In this document: positions 30,916 through 40,701 of the stretch, one piece after another | Numbering within the stretch: position 1 is the stretch's first letter | Layout of the letters: every line of letters starts with the position of its first letter | Origin: Paludibacter sp. | GTDB taxonomy: Bacteria; Bacteroidota; Bacteroidia; Bacteroidales; Paludibacteraceae | Length of the DNA: 64,000 nucleotides | Assembly: GCA_031292575.1 (NCBI GenBank) | Contig: JARLGX010000008.1 | Span: forward strand, 88,028-152,027 | Direction of reading: 5' to 3' | Notes under the pieces: generated by a model | The model's input: only the letters and a program-made list of their open reading frames with translations | What the model was told of the DNA's origin: nothing | Databases searched by the model: none | Program-made: the position numbers and the translations under genes

Positions 30916-31617
30916 TTAACCCATTTTACTTATCTTGAGCAGTCTTTCCACATCAATGATTTTAAGCTTGCGACCATCCATGGCAATAACATGTTCGTTT
31001 ACAAAATTAGATAATGTGCGTATTGCATTGGAAGTGGTCATATTTGAGAGATTCGCCAAATCTTCGCGCGAAAGGTAAATACTGATGGTGGCTCCATCCT
31101 CTTCTAAACCATAATTTTTTTTCAGTATAAGCAATGCTTCTGCAAGGCGACCCCGAATATGTTTTTGCGTAAGATTTACAGTTCGTGCATCCGAAGCTGC
31201 TAAATCGGTAGATACTTCTTCCAAAAAACGATAACAAAAAGCATTGTTGTGACGCAAGATTGACAAAAATATATCTGCTTTAATCATATAAACGGTTGAT
31301 GCCTCGAATGCGGAAACATTTGTATTATACGTATCATTGGCAATAATAGCCCGATAACCAAAATGTTCACCAGGTTTAAGCATTCTGATAATTTGCGAGC
31401 GACTTCCAACTCCATCTTTATACACTTTCACTTTTCCGCTTGCCAATATCATCATATGCGACGGCACTTCACCTTCACTGTGAATTATTTCATTTTTCTT
31501 AAAAAAATGCACCGTGTAGTTATTTTTTACAAATTGCCTCTCATCAGGGGTTAAGACATCCCACACAGTTAGAATCTCTTCTAAGGGTTTGAGCTCTGAA
31601 ACATGTTTTTTTGCCAT
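30916..31617 (-). CDS. Crp/Fnr family transcriptional regulator
   Basis: cNMP-binding fold followed by a C-terminal HTH (SREDLANLSNMTTSNAIRTLSNF). The start is set at ATG 31617 because the ORF-track start at 31629 is a TTG. Confidence 0.85.
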   Translation of the reverse strand: MAKKHVSELKPLEEILTVWDVLTPDERQFVKNNYTVHFFKKNEIIHSEGEVPSHMMILASGKVKVYKDGVGSRSQIIRMLKPGEHFGYRAIIANDTYNTNVSAFEASTVYMIKADIFLSILRHNNAFCYRFLEEVSTDLAASDARTVNLTQKHIRGRLAEALLILKKNYGLEEDGATISIYLSREDLANLSNMTTSNAIRTLSNFVNEHVIAMDGRKLKIIDVERLLKISKMG

Positions 31618-31718
31618 ATAATTTTCCAAGAAATATGTTTGACAACAATGTTATAAAGCACAAATTTAGTGATTTTTTGAGATATAAAACAAAATGCAGC
31701 AAAAAAAATATTTTATTA

Positions 31719-31732
31719 TTGATAATCATTAA
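31719..31732. promoter_or_regulatory. FNR/CRP-like palindromic box TTGAT-N4-ATTAA
   Basis: 9 of 10 positions match TTGAT-N4-ATCAA, in the divergent region between the Crp/Fnr gene and the DUF4105 gene. The background is AT-rich, so a chance match is plausible. Confidence 0.25.
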
Positions 31733-31841
31733 AACCCAAAAACCTAAAAACCTCACTGAAATGACTTTATATTTTTATATGTATTTTACTTCATCGTTAA
31801 ATAAAACAGATTATATTGAAGAATAAACAAAATAAATATAC

Positions 31842-31849
31842 TACTTTTG
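31842..31849 (+). promoter_or_regulatory. -7 promoter box for the DUF4105 gene
   Basis: TACTTTTG lies 24 bp upstream of ATG 31873 and inside the longer TTG-initiated ORF. This supports the shorter gene model. Confidence 0.4.
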
Positions 31850-31872
31850 TAAAAATTAATAGTTCAACCTTT

Positions 31873-33069
31873 ATGAAGAGATTTTTATTATTTGCAAGCA
31901 TCTTGCTTAATTTCTTAAATTTAAATGCGCAACAGTTTTCAATCAGTGACTCAGCCGTTATAAGTTTAATTACCTGTTCTCCGGGAGAAGAAATTTATTC
32001 CAAATTTGGTCATTCTGCAATCAGAATTAACGATCCAAAGAATAATTTGGACGTGGTGTTCAACTATGGAATTTTCAGTTTTGAAACCAACAACTTTTAC
32101 TATAAGTTCATAAAAGGTGAAACTGATTACCAACTTGGAGTTTATGACACACGTTATTTTTTACCCGAATATGCTGCACGGAATTCAATGGTGGTTGAAC
32201 AAATATTGAATTTAACTCCTCCGGAAAAGAAAACTTTATTTGCCCTATTGTCCCAGAATTATCAGCCCGAGAACAGAACCTATAGGTACAATTTTGTTTT
32301 CGATAATTGTGCAACCCGGCCACGCGATAAGATATTAGCTTCGCTGCACGGTTATGTAAAATTTCAAAATTTTACAGATTCTAAAACTTTTCGTCAACTT
32401 ATTGGAAATTATATTGGGAATGACACCTGGTTAAAATTTGGAATTGATGTTGTTTTTGGCATTGAAGCCGACAGAATTGCTACTGAAAGTGAAAGTATGT
32501 TTTTACCGGAAATACTCATGTCTGAATTTCAGACTGCCGAAATTATAACTCAGGATGGGAAAAGCAGGAAATTAGTATCTGATAGAAGCAACCTGGTACA
32601 AAAAACTAATCTAAATGAAAATCAGACATCATGGTTATTTAAACCATTAACTTTTTCCATATTTCTATTGATTGTAGGTTCTATTATCACATTTTGGGAT
32701 ACCAAACGACGACATTATTACAAACCTTTTGACGCTGTATTATTTGGAATTACTGGTTTAGGTGGCATAATAGTTTTTTACCTAATGTTCTTTTCGCTAC
32801 ACCCACTCGTGAAAAACAATCTCAATATACTATGGCTAAACCCATTAAATCTACTCATAGTTGCACTACTTTGGATAAGAAAACTACGTGTAGCTCAATT
32901 TTTCTATCAAATTCTAAATGTTTTAATTCTGCTTGGAGCATTATTAGCTTTTGCACTTTCGGCACAATCAATTAATATAGCGGCTTTTCCAATAATTGTA
33001 CTTCTATTAATGCGCAATGTAAGTTTTATTGCATTAACCCGTAAAAAAATTTACAGACGCAGAAGATAA
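31873..33069 (+). CDS. DUF4105 (Lnb-like N-terminal periplasmic domain) membrane protein
   Basis: Begins MKRFLLFASILL (signal). The ITCSPGEEIYSKFGHSAIRI motif is typical of DUF4105, and the C-terminal third has several TM helices. Confidence 0.7.
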   Translation: MKRFLLFASILLNFLNLNAQQFSISDSAVISLITCSPGEEIYSKFGHSAIRINDPKNNLDVVFNYGIFSFETNNFYYKFIKGETDYQLGVYDTRYFLPEYAARNSMVVEQILNLTPPEKKTLFALLSQNYQPENRTYRYNFVFDNCATRPRDKILASLHGYVKFQNFTDSKTFRQLIGNYIGNDTWLKFGIDVVFGIEADRIATESESMFLPEILMSEFQTAEIITQDGKSRKLVSDRSNLVQKTNLNENQTSWLFKPLTFSIFLLIVGSIITFWDTKRRHYYKPFDAVLFGITGLGGIIVFYLMFFSLHPLVKNNLNILWLNPLNLLIVALLWIRKLRVAQFFYQILNVLILLGALLAFALSAQSINIAAFPIIVLLLMRNVSFIALTRKKIYRRRR

Positions 33070-33093
33070 ATTCAAAAAAATCATTCATTCAAT

Positions 33094-33870
33094 ATGCCTA
33101 AAAGACTTCCAAAAATACCAAAACCATTGCGTTTTGTAGGAATAATCCCTGCCCGTTTTGCATCCACCCGCTTTCCCGGAAAACCATTGGTAGACATTGG
33201 TGGGAAAATAATGATTCAACGTGTTTACGAACAAGTATCAAAAGTACTTGACAACGTTTATGTTGCTACTGATGATAAACGTATTTACGATGCTGTTTTG
33301 GCTTTTGGCGGAAAAGCCATCATGACTTCTGATCAACACAAAAGCGGAACCGACCGTTGCTACGAAGCTTTTTCGAAACTCGAAGAATGGTTTGATGTAG
33401 TAATCAATATTCAGGGCGATGAACCTTTTATTCAACCGGAGCAACTCGTTGAATTGCAAAAATGTTTCGACGAGCCGGAAACTCAGATTGCCACACTGGC
33501 AAAAAAAGTCACAGAAAAAGATGGATTTGAGTTTCTAAATAACCCAAATAACCCAAAACTTGTAGTAAACAAGCAAAACGAAGCCATGTATTTTAGTCGC
33601 TCGATAATCCCATTTCGGCGCGGTGCTGAAAAGGAGAACTGGATTTCACTTCACTCCTACCTCAAGCATGTGGGCATTTACGCATATAGGGCTGATGTTT
33701 TGCGTGAACTTACCTTGACAGAACAATCAGCCCTTGAAATTGCCGAATCGCTGGAACAACTTCGCTGGCTCGAAAACGGTTATCGGATTAAAGTTGGATT
33801 TACCAACGTGGAAACTGTTGGCATTGACACTCCGGAAGATTTGGAAAGAGTAAAAGGATTGTTGGACTGA
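33094..33870 (+). CDS. kdsB: 3-deoxy-manno-octulosonate cytidylyltransferase
   Basis: 258-aa ORF with IIPARFASTRFPGKPL, NIQGDEPF and VETVGIDTPEDL motifs. Confidence 0.93.
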   Translation: MPKRLPKIPKPLRFVGIIPARFASTRFPGKPLVDIGGKIMIQRVYEQVSKVLDNVYVATDDKRIYDAVLAFGGKAIMTSDQHKSGTDRCYEAFSKLEEWFDVVINIQGDEPFIQPEQLVELQKCFDEPETQIATLAKKVTEKDGFEFLNNPNNPKLVVNKQNEAMYFSRSIIPFRRGAEKENWISLHSYLKHVGIYAYRADVLRELTLTEQSALEIAESLEQLRWLENGYRIKVGFTNVETVGIDTPEDLERVKGLLD

Positions 33871-33897
33871 GAATATTAGCTTGTTTATGTATTTAGT

Positions 33898-33981
33898 AAA
33901 CTAGTTTAGTTTTTTGCTGAACTAGTTTAGGTTTGAAGTAAACTAGTTTAGGTTTGAAGTAAACCAGTTCACATTTTAGAT
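33898..33981. repeat. Four copies at an exact 21-bp period of a unit centred on the palindrome AAACTAGTTT
   Basis: AACTAG/AACCAG cores start at 33899, 33920, 33941 and 33962. Copies 2 and 3 are identical 21-mers (AACTAGTTTAGGTTTGAAGTA). Confidence 0.8.
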
Positions 33982-34043
33982 GAATTGGTTTAAAATTGAG
34001 ACGAACTTGGTAAGGTTAAACATAAACCGATATAACAAAAAGC

Positions 34044-34081
34044 AGAACCAGTTTAGTTGAAACCTAAACCGGTTCTACTTT
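34044..34081. terminator. Bidirectional hairpin terminator between convergent kdsB and the DMP19-like gene
   Basis: 13-bp stem AGAACCAGTTTAG/CTAAACCGGTTCT with one mismatch, an A-run before and a T-run after. The 5' arm reuses the AACCAGTTTAG repeat core. Confidence 0.6.
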
Positions 34082-34108
34082 TTGTAAATTTGAAATGCCC
34101 TAAAACCC

Positions 34109-34609
34109 TCAGACAATTATTTCGGCAAAATCAGCAATATGCTCATCCACATAAGCAGCAATTAATGCCGTTTGTTGTTCCTCAATATCGAAATAAATTT
34201 CCTCGAGGTCGTCGAAAGCTTCAAATTCAACGTACAAGGCGTTAAATTCTTCGTAGTTCATTTCGCGTTCCAGAGTTGCTTTATTCGGATCGTAAATTTC
34301 CTTGGCTCTGTAAATTAATTTTGATAATTCCACAGCTCCAAATTGTTTAATAGCTTTTGCAAAAGGATTTCCAAAAATATAGCCTCCATAGCCGTTCTGG
34401 ATCAACTGCACAAAACCACCATCGCGCATTTCGTCCTGAAAAAAACGGTGTGCCAACAAGGTATGTTGCGAACCATTGAGTAGCGACATATTCTCAGCAG
34501 TAAGCGTTCCTCCTATAGCTTCCAGATAAGCATCCGTAAAAACCTGAAGAAATTCATCCATGCCTTTCTGCGATGCTGCTGTTAACGTACTGTCTTTGAT
34601 TTGAATCAT
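34109..34609 (-). CDS. DMP19-like (DUF4375) protein
   Basis: 166-aa acidic ORF. The central LLNGSQHTLLAHRFFQDEMRDGGFVQLIQNGYGGYIF matches the DUF4375/DMP19 NGGF.Q...N signature. It lies 3 bp downstream of the GH13 gene. Confidence 0.55.
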   Translation of the reverse strand: MIQIKDSTLTAASQKGMDEFLQVFTDAYLEAIGGTLTAENMSLLNGSQHTLLAHRFFQDEMRDGGFVQLIQNGYGGYIFGNPFAKAIKQFGAVELSKLIYRAKEIYDPNKATLEREMNYEEFNALYVEFEAFDDLEEIYFDIEEQQTALIAAYVDEHIADFAEIIV

Positions 34610-34612
34610 ATA

Positions 34613-37003
34613 TTAGGTTGAAATTGTTAAGTCAGAGAGTAAAATATCGGCACTATAAGCCGGCAATTCAATACTTACACTGTGATTTTTGATTACAAAG
34701 GTATGATTAAATGTAGATTTATAATCGGTATTTTTCAATATATCGGGTAATTTCACCTCAATCGTTCTCGATTTAGCTGAATTATTGATAAATACAAGGA
34801 CTTCTTTATCAAAATACTTTCGTGCATAAACCCAACTGTCTTTTGTTGCTTGAATATTTATAAAATCACCGTAAATCATTACCGGATTGTCGCTTCTCAA
34901 ATGTGCTAATTTAGAAACTTCTTTCCAAAGTTTAGTTTCACGATTATTCCAACCTTCAAATTTCATCATTCTACGGCAATCTGGATCATTGGCTCCGGTC
35001 AAACCAATTTCGTCACCATAAAAGATCACCGGAATTCCCGGAATAGTCAGGTTGAATGTATGCATAAGAAACAATTTATCGTAAGCCGTGGAATCAGTAA
35101 TCCCAATATTGCGCTCCCAACCGGCTGCCTTTGAATCTTCACCAAACTTCAAATCGCCCGAGGCATAAGCCATAAATCGCGGTTTGTCATGATTGCCGGA
35201 GATATTTCCCATTAAATTATGACTTCCGTAGGTATATAAACTTGAATTTAAAATAGTTTGCACTTGTTGCAAATTACTGCCACCCACTCCGGCAAAAGTT
35301 GTATTTGCCACATCGTACACATTAAAATCAAATTGCCCATCGAGCATTCCTGTTGTCAAATAACTGCTTATCAATTCGGGGCTTCCGTAAGTTTCACCAA
35401 TTTGATAAAGTTTATTTCCATTGTATTGCTTTTTGATTTTCAAGGTCAATTCGCGCCAAAACTTTTCAGTAATATGTTTGGTTGCATCGTGTCGGAAACC
35501 ATCCAAGTTGAATTCTTTGAGCCAATACATGGCTGAATCAGTCATCATATCCACTACTTTTGAATTTGACAAATCGAGGGTAGGCATAAAGGTATCAAAC
35601 CATGTAGTTAGCCTGTACTCGTCCCATTTTTCGGTATTCATAGTTCCATCGGGCAAATACAAAGGAGTTGTCCATTCAGGATGTTGTTTATAAAATGGAT
35701 GTTCAATATGAACATGATGTGCCACATAGTCGAGCAAGACATTCATATTTTTCTTATGTGCATCGGTCACTAATCCTTTAAATTCGTCATTGGTTCCAAA
35801 CCTGAAATCGACTTTGGAAGAAGAAATCGGCCAATATCCGTGATAACCCGAGAACTTCGTTTTCATTGGGGCATAATATCCCCAGGGATCTATTGGATTC
35901 TGATTTACAGGTGAAATCCATAAGGTATTTACGCCTAACTTTTTAAAATATCCATTGTCAATTTCTTGCTGAATGCCAGCTAAATCGCCACCCCAATAGT
36001 CAACTTTATGATTGACGTCAGGTCGGTTCATCGGATGGTCATTGGTTTTGTCACCATCTTTAAATCTGTCAACCAGTGCAAAATAAATAATTTGAGCTTG
36101 CTTATCTTCGCGTGTAATTTCGGTAGAATCAGTCAGCACTTTGCCTTTCTCTAGCGGAATCAACATATCGTTGCTTACTCCAAAATCATTGCTTGCCCAG
36201 ACACGAATAAATGAACGACCCAGTTTTTCAGCTTCAGCCGGAATGCTAATCATAATTTTCCCTTTATCAACCATCAAATATTTTGTTGGCAAAAGAAAAT
36301 TCTGCCAATAAACAAACACATTATTCACATCCTTGTTGGTTGATAATGTAATGCTTGAAAGTCCATATTTATCGGTGTAAAGTGTTGGAAATTTATCGTT
36401 GTTTCCCGCTACTTGCAGGATGGAATTGAATTTTCCATACCCATTGTCCACTTTATTTAAATTGGTCGGGTCGGAATTTTGATTTCCATCAAGGCTTAAT
36501 TGATATAAATATGTACCGGGACTAAGATTTAATGAAACTTCGTATATGCCTTTTTCATTTAGCTTCAAATCGGGAGTTTTTGATGCAGTCCAATCATTCA
36601 TCTGACCCAATATCTGAACTTTTTTATAGGTTTTGCCTTGTGGATTAAATGTGAATTTATAGTCAATCTTATCTGTTTTACGACACGGAACTGAATAAGG
36701 AATTCCTTTCAACCAAAGTTTTAGGTTTACAAAATGTTCCATGTTGCTCGACACATCCAAAGTTGCGGTCATTTTATTGCTATCAATTTTACATGCAAGT
36801 TTGGACGATGAACTGGTAATTGAATCGATTTCATTCGGATTCAGTATAAAATCCTGTAGATAAAGCGTGTTATGACCGATCATTAGTGTCAACAGCGAAT
36901 TCAGATTTTTATTATTTTCGGAATCGGGTGGATAATTTAGTTTTAGCTGACAAGATGAAAATGTAAGTATTGCTAAAAGTAACGTAAAAATATTTTTTCT
37001 CAT
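34613..37003 (-). CDS. GH13 alpha-amylase family lipoprotein with N-terminal Ig/CBM-like domains
   Basis: 796-aa ORF with a lipobox (TFSSC). GH13 regions are LDYVAHH, DGFRHDATKH, YQIGETYG and SGNHDKPRF. Confidence 0.88.
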   Translation of the reverse strand: MRKNIFTLLLAILTFSSCQLKLNYPPDSENNKNLNSLLTLMIGHNTLYLQDFILNPNEIDSITSSSSKLACKIDSNKMTATLDVSSNMEHFVNLKLWLKGIPYSVPCRKTDKIDYKFTFNPQGKTYKKVQILGQMNDWTASKTPDLKLNEKGIYEVSLNLSPGTYLYQLSLDGNQNSDPTNLNKVDNGYGKFNSILQVAGNNDKFPTLYTDKYGLSSITLSTNKDVNNVFVYWQNFLLPTKYLMVDKGKIMISIPAEAEKLGRSFIRVWASNDFGVSNDMLIPLEKGKVLTDSTEITREDKQAQIIYFALVDRFKDGDKTNDHPMNRPDVNHKVDYWGGDLAGIQQEIDNGYFKKLGVNTLWISPVNQNPIDPWGYYAPMKTKFSGYHGYWPISSSKVDFRFGTNDEFKGLVTDAHKKNMNVLLDYVAHHVHIEHPFYKQHPEWTTPLYLPDGTMNTEKWDEYRLTTWFDTFMPTLDLSNSKVVDMMTDSAMYWLKEFNLDGFRHDATKHITEKFWRELTLKIKKQYNGNKLYQIGETYGSPELISSYLTTGMLDGQFDFNVYDVANTTFAGVGGSNLQQVQTILNSSLYTYGSHNLMGNISGNHDKPRFMAYASGDLKFGEDSKAAGWERNIGITDSTAYDKLFLMHTFNLTIPGIPVIFYGDEIGLTGANDPDCRRMMKFEGWNNRETKLWKEVSKLAHLRSDNPVMIYGDFINIQATKDSWVYARKYFDKEVLVFINNSAKSRTIEVKLPDILKNTDYKSTFNHTFVIKNHSVSIELPAYSADILLSDLTIST

Positions 37004-37030
37004 ATTATAATTAAATGTCTTATTAACAGA

Positions 37031-38749
37031 TTAATAAAAAAGATAAGCATCAAAAGTATTTATAGTAAGTTTATCTTGAATTTCATTGTATTTGCCAGCA
37101 ATGGAAGTTATGATTAAGGTGAAATTTTCGCCTTTAATAGTTAATTCATCCTTTTTAAATTGTTTGGTTTCATTTTTTTGCTTCTCTCGAACCAAGAATT
37201 TCACCTTTTCTTTCAAAGGAATTGATATCATTGTACTATTTTTAGCAATGACTAATAAATTATCATTTTTCAGACTAATATCAACTTTATTATCTTGATT
37301 AGCCATTGTTTGTACACCTCTTAAATTTAACTTCAAAAATGAATGATAAGATTGTATATCAACTAATAAAGACTGATCGTTCATCTGAATCCAAAAGTAG
37401 TCTTCCGATTTATGAGTGTTTCCCATTTTTAGCATTGCCAGAATTTCTGATTCTGATTTATCTTTCAATGAAGCCGAAAAATATCTTTGAATCGATTCAT
37501 TCCCAAAAGTTCTCACCAAGTATTTAATAGTTCCTACAGTTTTCATTTTCGTTATCGAGTCTACTTTAAACGTATCTTCTTTTCCGATTGCAACTTTACC
37601 ATCTTTCAACAAATGATTGTTAAGCAATAATTCATTCAACTGATTGTCAAGTGAATGACGAGTGACATTAAACACACTCCACGGGCCAACAGAACTTAAA
37701 AATGCTATAAGTGCAAATGAAATTATAATCCATTTCAAATAATTTGACTTCGAAAGATAAAGATAAATACTGATTCCATACAGCCAAATATTCAATATCA
37801 AAACATATAAACGATTTATAGTCAAACTATAATCACTAATTCGACGAAAAATACCCACCGACATGAGTACTAATAATGGCAAAAGGACAACTGGAAAATA
37901 ACGTGACATGAGATCAATAAGTTTATTGTCTCTTGTTAATCTGAGCGGATATAAAATCATCATACATAAAAATCCAACCATTGCCAATACCGAAACTAGG
38001 GTTGAGACCCATCCATTTGGAAGTTGCCATTTTATAATTATCTGAAAAAGATAAATATACAATATGAGTGTATAAGCAGCTAAAATAGGTAGTAAAATGT
38101 ATAAACCAAAAATTTTAAGGATCTTGTTGAAAGTAATTTCTTTGCTACGCTTCTCAATTTCATTGGGAATATTTGAAAGAAAATAAACCGGAGCAAAAAT
38201 CACAAAACAAACAACAGCCAAATTAGAATAAACTTTATGATCAATATGAATATTGAATAGTTTGTCAAGTGAAAGCATTGCCAATGCCAATCCGGCAAAC
38301 AAAACCTGTGAAAAGACAGAACTTATAAACACTTGAATTATACTGTTTTTACTAAAGTTCCAAAACTGAATTTCATTATCCCGTTTCAAAAACGAATTGA
38401 CAAAAGCAGACAAAACAAATACACTCCCTAAAGCAATGAGTTGGAAGCTTTGATATTCAAGTAATTTATTGGGAAGTGTGAAACAATATACCGATAATAA
38501 GATGATAGCTACCAAATTGAGCAAGATTCTACTTATGTGGCTTTTAAATTCCTCCAATAACAGTGTTACAGGAACATTAAGCAGCAAACCCAAAATAAAG
38601 AATGCCCACAAGTTTTCGTGAATCGTTACTTTTTGAATTGACAAAAAGCATAAAACAGATAAGCCAATGATAAACAGAAGTGTAAATGGGAATCGAACGA
38701 GTGCCAACAATATTTTTCCAATCCATGTTTTTAATGAAATCTTTTTCAT
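37031..38749 (-). CDS. Polytopic membrane protein (DUF4153-like) with a C-terminal soluble domain
   Basis: 572-aa ORF with about 10 TM helices over the first ~350 aa. The family assignment is from memory of the overall architecture only. Confidence 0.5.
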   Translation of the reverse strand: MKKISLKTWIGKILLALVRFPFTLLFIIGLSVLCFLSIQKVTIHENLWAFFILGLLLNVPVTLLLEEFKSHISRILLNLVAIILLSVYCFTLPNKLLEYQSFQLIALGSVFVLSAFVNSFLKRDNEIQFWNFSKNSIIQVFISSVFSQVLFAGLALAMLSLDKLFNIHIDHKVYSNLAVVCFVIFAPVYFLSNIPNEIEKRSKEITFNKILKIFGLYILLPILAAYTLILYIYLFQIIIKWQLPNGWVSTLVSVLAMVGFLCMMILYPLRLTRDNKLIDLMSRYFPVVLLPLLVLMSVGIFRRISDYSLTINRLYVLILNIWLYGISIYLYLSKSNYLKWIIISFALIAFLSSVGPWSVFNVTRHSLDNQLNELLLNNHLLKDGKVAIGKEDTFKVDSITKMKTVGTIKYLVRTFGNESIQRYFSASLKDKSESEILAMLKMGNTHKSEDYFWIQMNDQSLLVDIQSYHSFLKLNLRGVQTMANQDNKVDISLKNDNLLVIAKNSTMISIPLKEKVKFLVREKQKNETKQFKKDELTIKGENFTLIITSIAGKYNEIQDKLTINTFDAYLFY

Positions 38750-38787
38750 AATAATTTGAATTAAAATTTATATTTGGAAAAAATATT

Positions 38788-40638
38788 CTATTTTATATCA
38801 AGAATCAAAACTGTTTTTGCCGGAACAGGAACAGAAGTTTGTAACGAGTAAGTTTCACCGTTTGTTATTTCTATGCCTTGAGTTTTACCTTCAAGCATTT
38901 CATTGAATCGTTTCAAATCCAGAACTTTAGGAGTTTGATTATTATTTGCAATAATCATCACTGTTTTTTCGCTGTTATACCTGAAATAGACGTAAATTCC
39001 ATCCTCAGGAATAAATTGTTTCATTCGTCCACTTTGAAGAACCGGATTGTTTTTTCGGTAATTCAATAAGGTTTTGAGATAATTAAACACTTCATTCTGC
39101 GTCGATGTTCTGCCTTCGGGAGTAAAAGCATTCCGTTTGTCGGCTGCCCAGCCACCCGGAAAATCAAAACGATTTCCTTCGTAACTGCCTGCAATTCCGT
39201 CGAGCATAATTTCTGTCCCATAATATATTTGTGGATATCCACGTGAGGTAATCAACATTGCCAACCCCATTTTATATTTTTGAACATCCCTTTTTACTGA
39301 AGTTGAATAACGGTCAATATCATGATTGTCGAGAAAGTTCATAATCATATTCTGATTAGGATACACAAAATCTTGTGCATAAAGCGAATAAAATCTTGAC
39401 ATGCCACCATCCCAACTTTCAGTTTCATTAAATGCTTCGCTGAAGACATCTTTAAGACAAAAGTCCATAACACTTGTAAGACGTGAATCGAACCCATCTT
39501 TGTTGTTATTACCCGATTGAAAATAAGCAATTTCGGCAGGTGTCTTTACCCAGCATTCGCCTACTACATTCATGTTTGGGTATTCAGTCCGAATGGACTG
39601 TACAAATTTGGCAGCCGTGTGAATGTCGTTATAAGGATAAGTGTCCACACGCATTCCATCAATATTGGCTGTTTCAATCCAAAATACATAAACCTGTCGC
39701 AGGTAATCGAAAAGCAGTGGATTCTGGAGGTTCAAATCGGGCATATTTGGTGCAAACCAGCCGTGTGTAAGCCGATACAAATCAGTATCAGAAGCATGTG
39801 GATCTGTCCAGGCTGTTATCCGATAATTCGACGAAGTATACGTTGGCCAGGTATTCAACCAATCTTTTGCAGGTAAATCTTTCATCCACCAGTGCGACGA
39901 ACCGCAATGATTCGGAACAACATCGATAATCAGTTTCAATCCGTTTGCATGACAACTATCCGAAAGCCTTCGGTAATCTTCATTTTTTCCAAAGCGAGGA
40001 TCAATTTTGTAATAATCGGAGCAAGCATAATGATGATAAGAATATTGTGTATCGTTGTTATCAAAAAGGGGTGTAGTCCACAAAGTGGTTATTCCTAAAT
40101 CAGCCAAATATGGAACTTTTGAAATGATACCATCAATATCGCCGCCGTGACGTGCACCTGGAATTTCGCGGTGAACGCCTTGATGATAACCCGGAATGGA
40201 ATCATTTGCAGGATTTCCATTCGCAAACCTATCGGGCATAAGTAAATAAATGGCATCAGCATTGGTAAAACTTTTTCTTGAAGCTGAGCCAGCTCTTCTT
40301 TTTTTTAACTCATAAACGAAGGTTTGTTTCTGTTTCCCTTTTTTTAGTATAATGTTGAACTTGCCGGGCAAAGTTTGTTTGTCAATATTCAAGTATAAAA
40401 AGACATAATTTGGATTATCAGTCAATTCTTTGCGAGCAATCGTAACTCCGGGATAGTCAATCGAAATTATAGCTTTGCTTATTCCCAATCCGTGTAACAT
40501 GAGTTGGAGCTCAGGCTGATTCATATTTGTCCACCAGTAAGTAGGATCAATCCTATCAACTAATTTAACGGGTTTGGCAATGAGTTGAAGGGATAGAAGC
40601 AGGGTTAGAATTGAACCTAAAAAAATACGTTTCATCAT
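38788..40638 (-). CDS. Periplasmic GH13 neopullulanase/cyclomaltodextrinase (SusA-like)
   Basis: The start is set at the ATG pair MMKRIFLGS (signal peptide). A cyclomaltodextrinase-type N-domain is present (IDPTYWWTNMNQPELQLMLHG). GH13 regions are DVVPNHCG, DGMRVDTYPY, VVGECW and LDNHDIDRY. Confidence 0.88.
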   Translation of the reverse strand: MMKRIFLGSILTLLLSLQLIAKPVKLVDRIDPTYWWTNMNQPELQLMLHGLGISKAIISIDYPGVTIARKELTDNPNYVFLYLNIDKQTLPGKFNIILKKGKQKQTFVYELKKRRAGSASRKSFTNADAIYLLMPDRFANGNPANDSIPGYHQGVHREIPGARHGGDIDGIISKVPYLADLGITTLWTTPLFDNNDTQYSYHHYACSDYYKIDPRFGKNEDYRRLSDSCHANGLKLIIDVVPNHCGSSHWWMKDLPAKDWLNTWPTYTSSNYRITAWTDPHASDTDLYRLTHGWFAPNMPDLNLQNPLLFDYLRQVYVFWIETANIDGMRVDTYPYNDIHTAAKFVQSIRTEYPNMNVVGECWVKTPAEIAYFQSGNNNKDGFDSRLTSVMDFCLKDVFSEAFNETESWDGGMSRFYSLYAQDFVYPNQNMIMNFLDNHDIDRYSTSVKRDVQKYKMGLAMLITSRGYPQIYYGTEIMLDGIAGSYEGNRFDFPGGWAADKRNAFTPEGRTSTQNEVFNYLKTLLNYRKNNPVLQSGRMKQFIPEDGIYVYFRYNSEKTVMIIANNNQTPKVLDLKRFNEMLEGKTQGIEITNGETYSLQTSVPVPAKTVLILDIK

Positions 40639-40701
40639 TGTTAGGAATTTAAATTTAAAAACAAATACCACAACCTATTCAAACACTTTAAAATCTGATT
40701 T

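Noticed and set aside
31816-31872. Longer gene models from the ORF track (DUF4105 from 31816, Crp from 31629, four-helix-bundle gene from 43590, S41 peptidase from 56194, SusA-like from 40671, Mpl-like from 58219, lpxB from 25411)
   Set aside because: For the first four genes the upstream start is a TTG. For all seven, the extension adds non-conserved residues ahead of a canonical N-terminus or signal peptide. For DUF4105, the predicted -7 box lies inside the extension. I used the downstream ATG starts.
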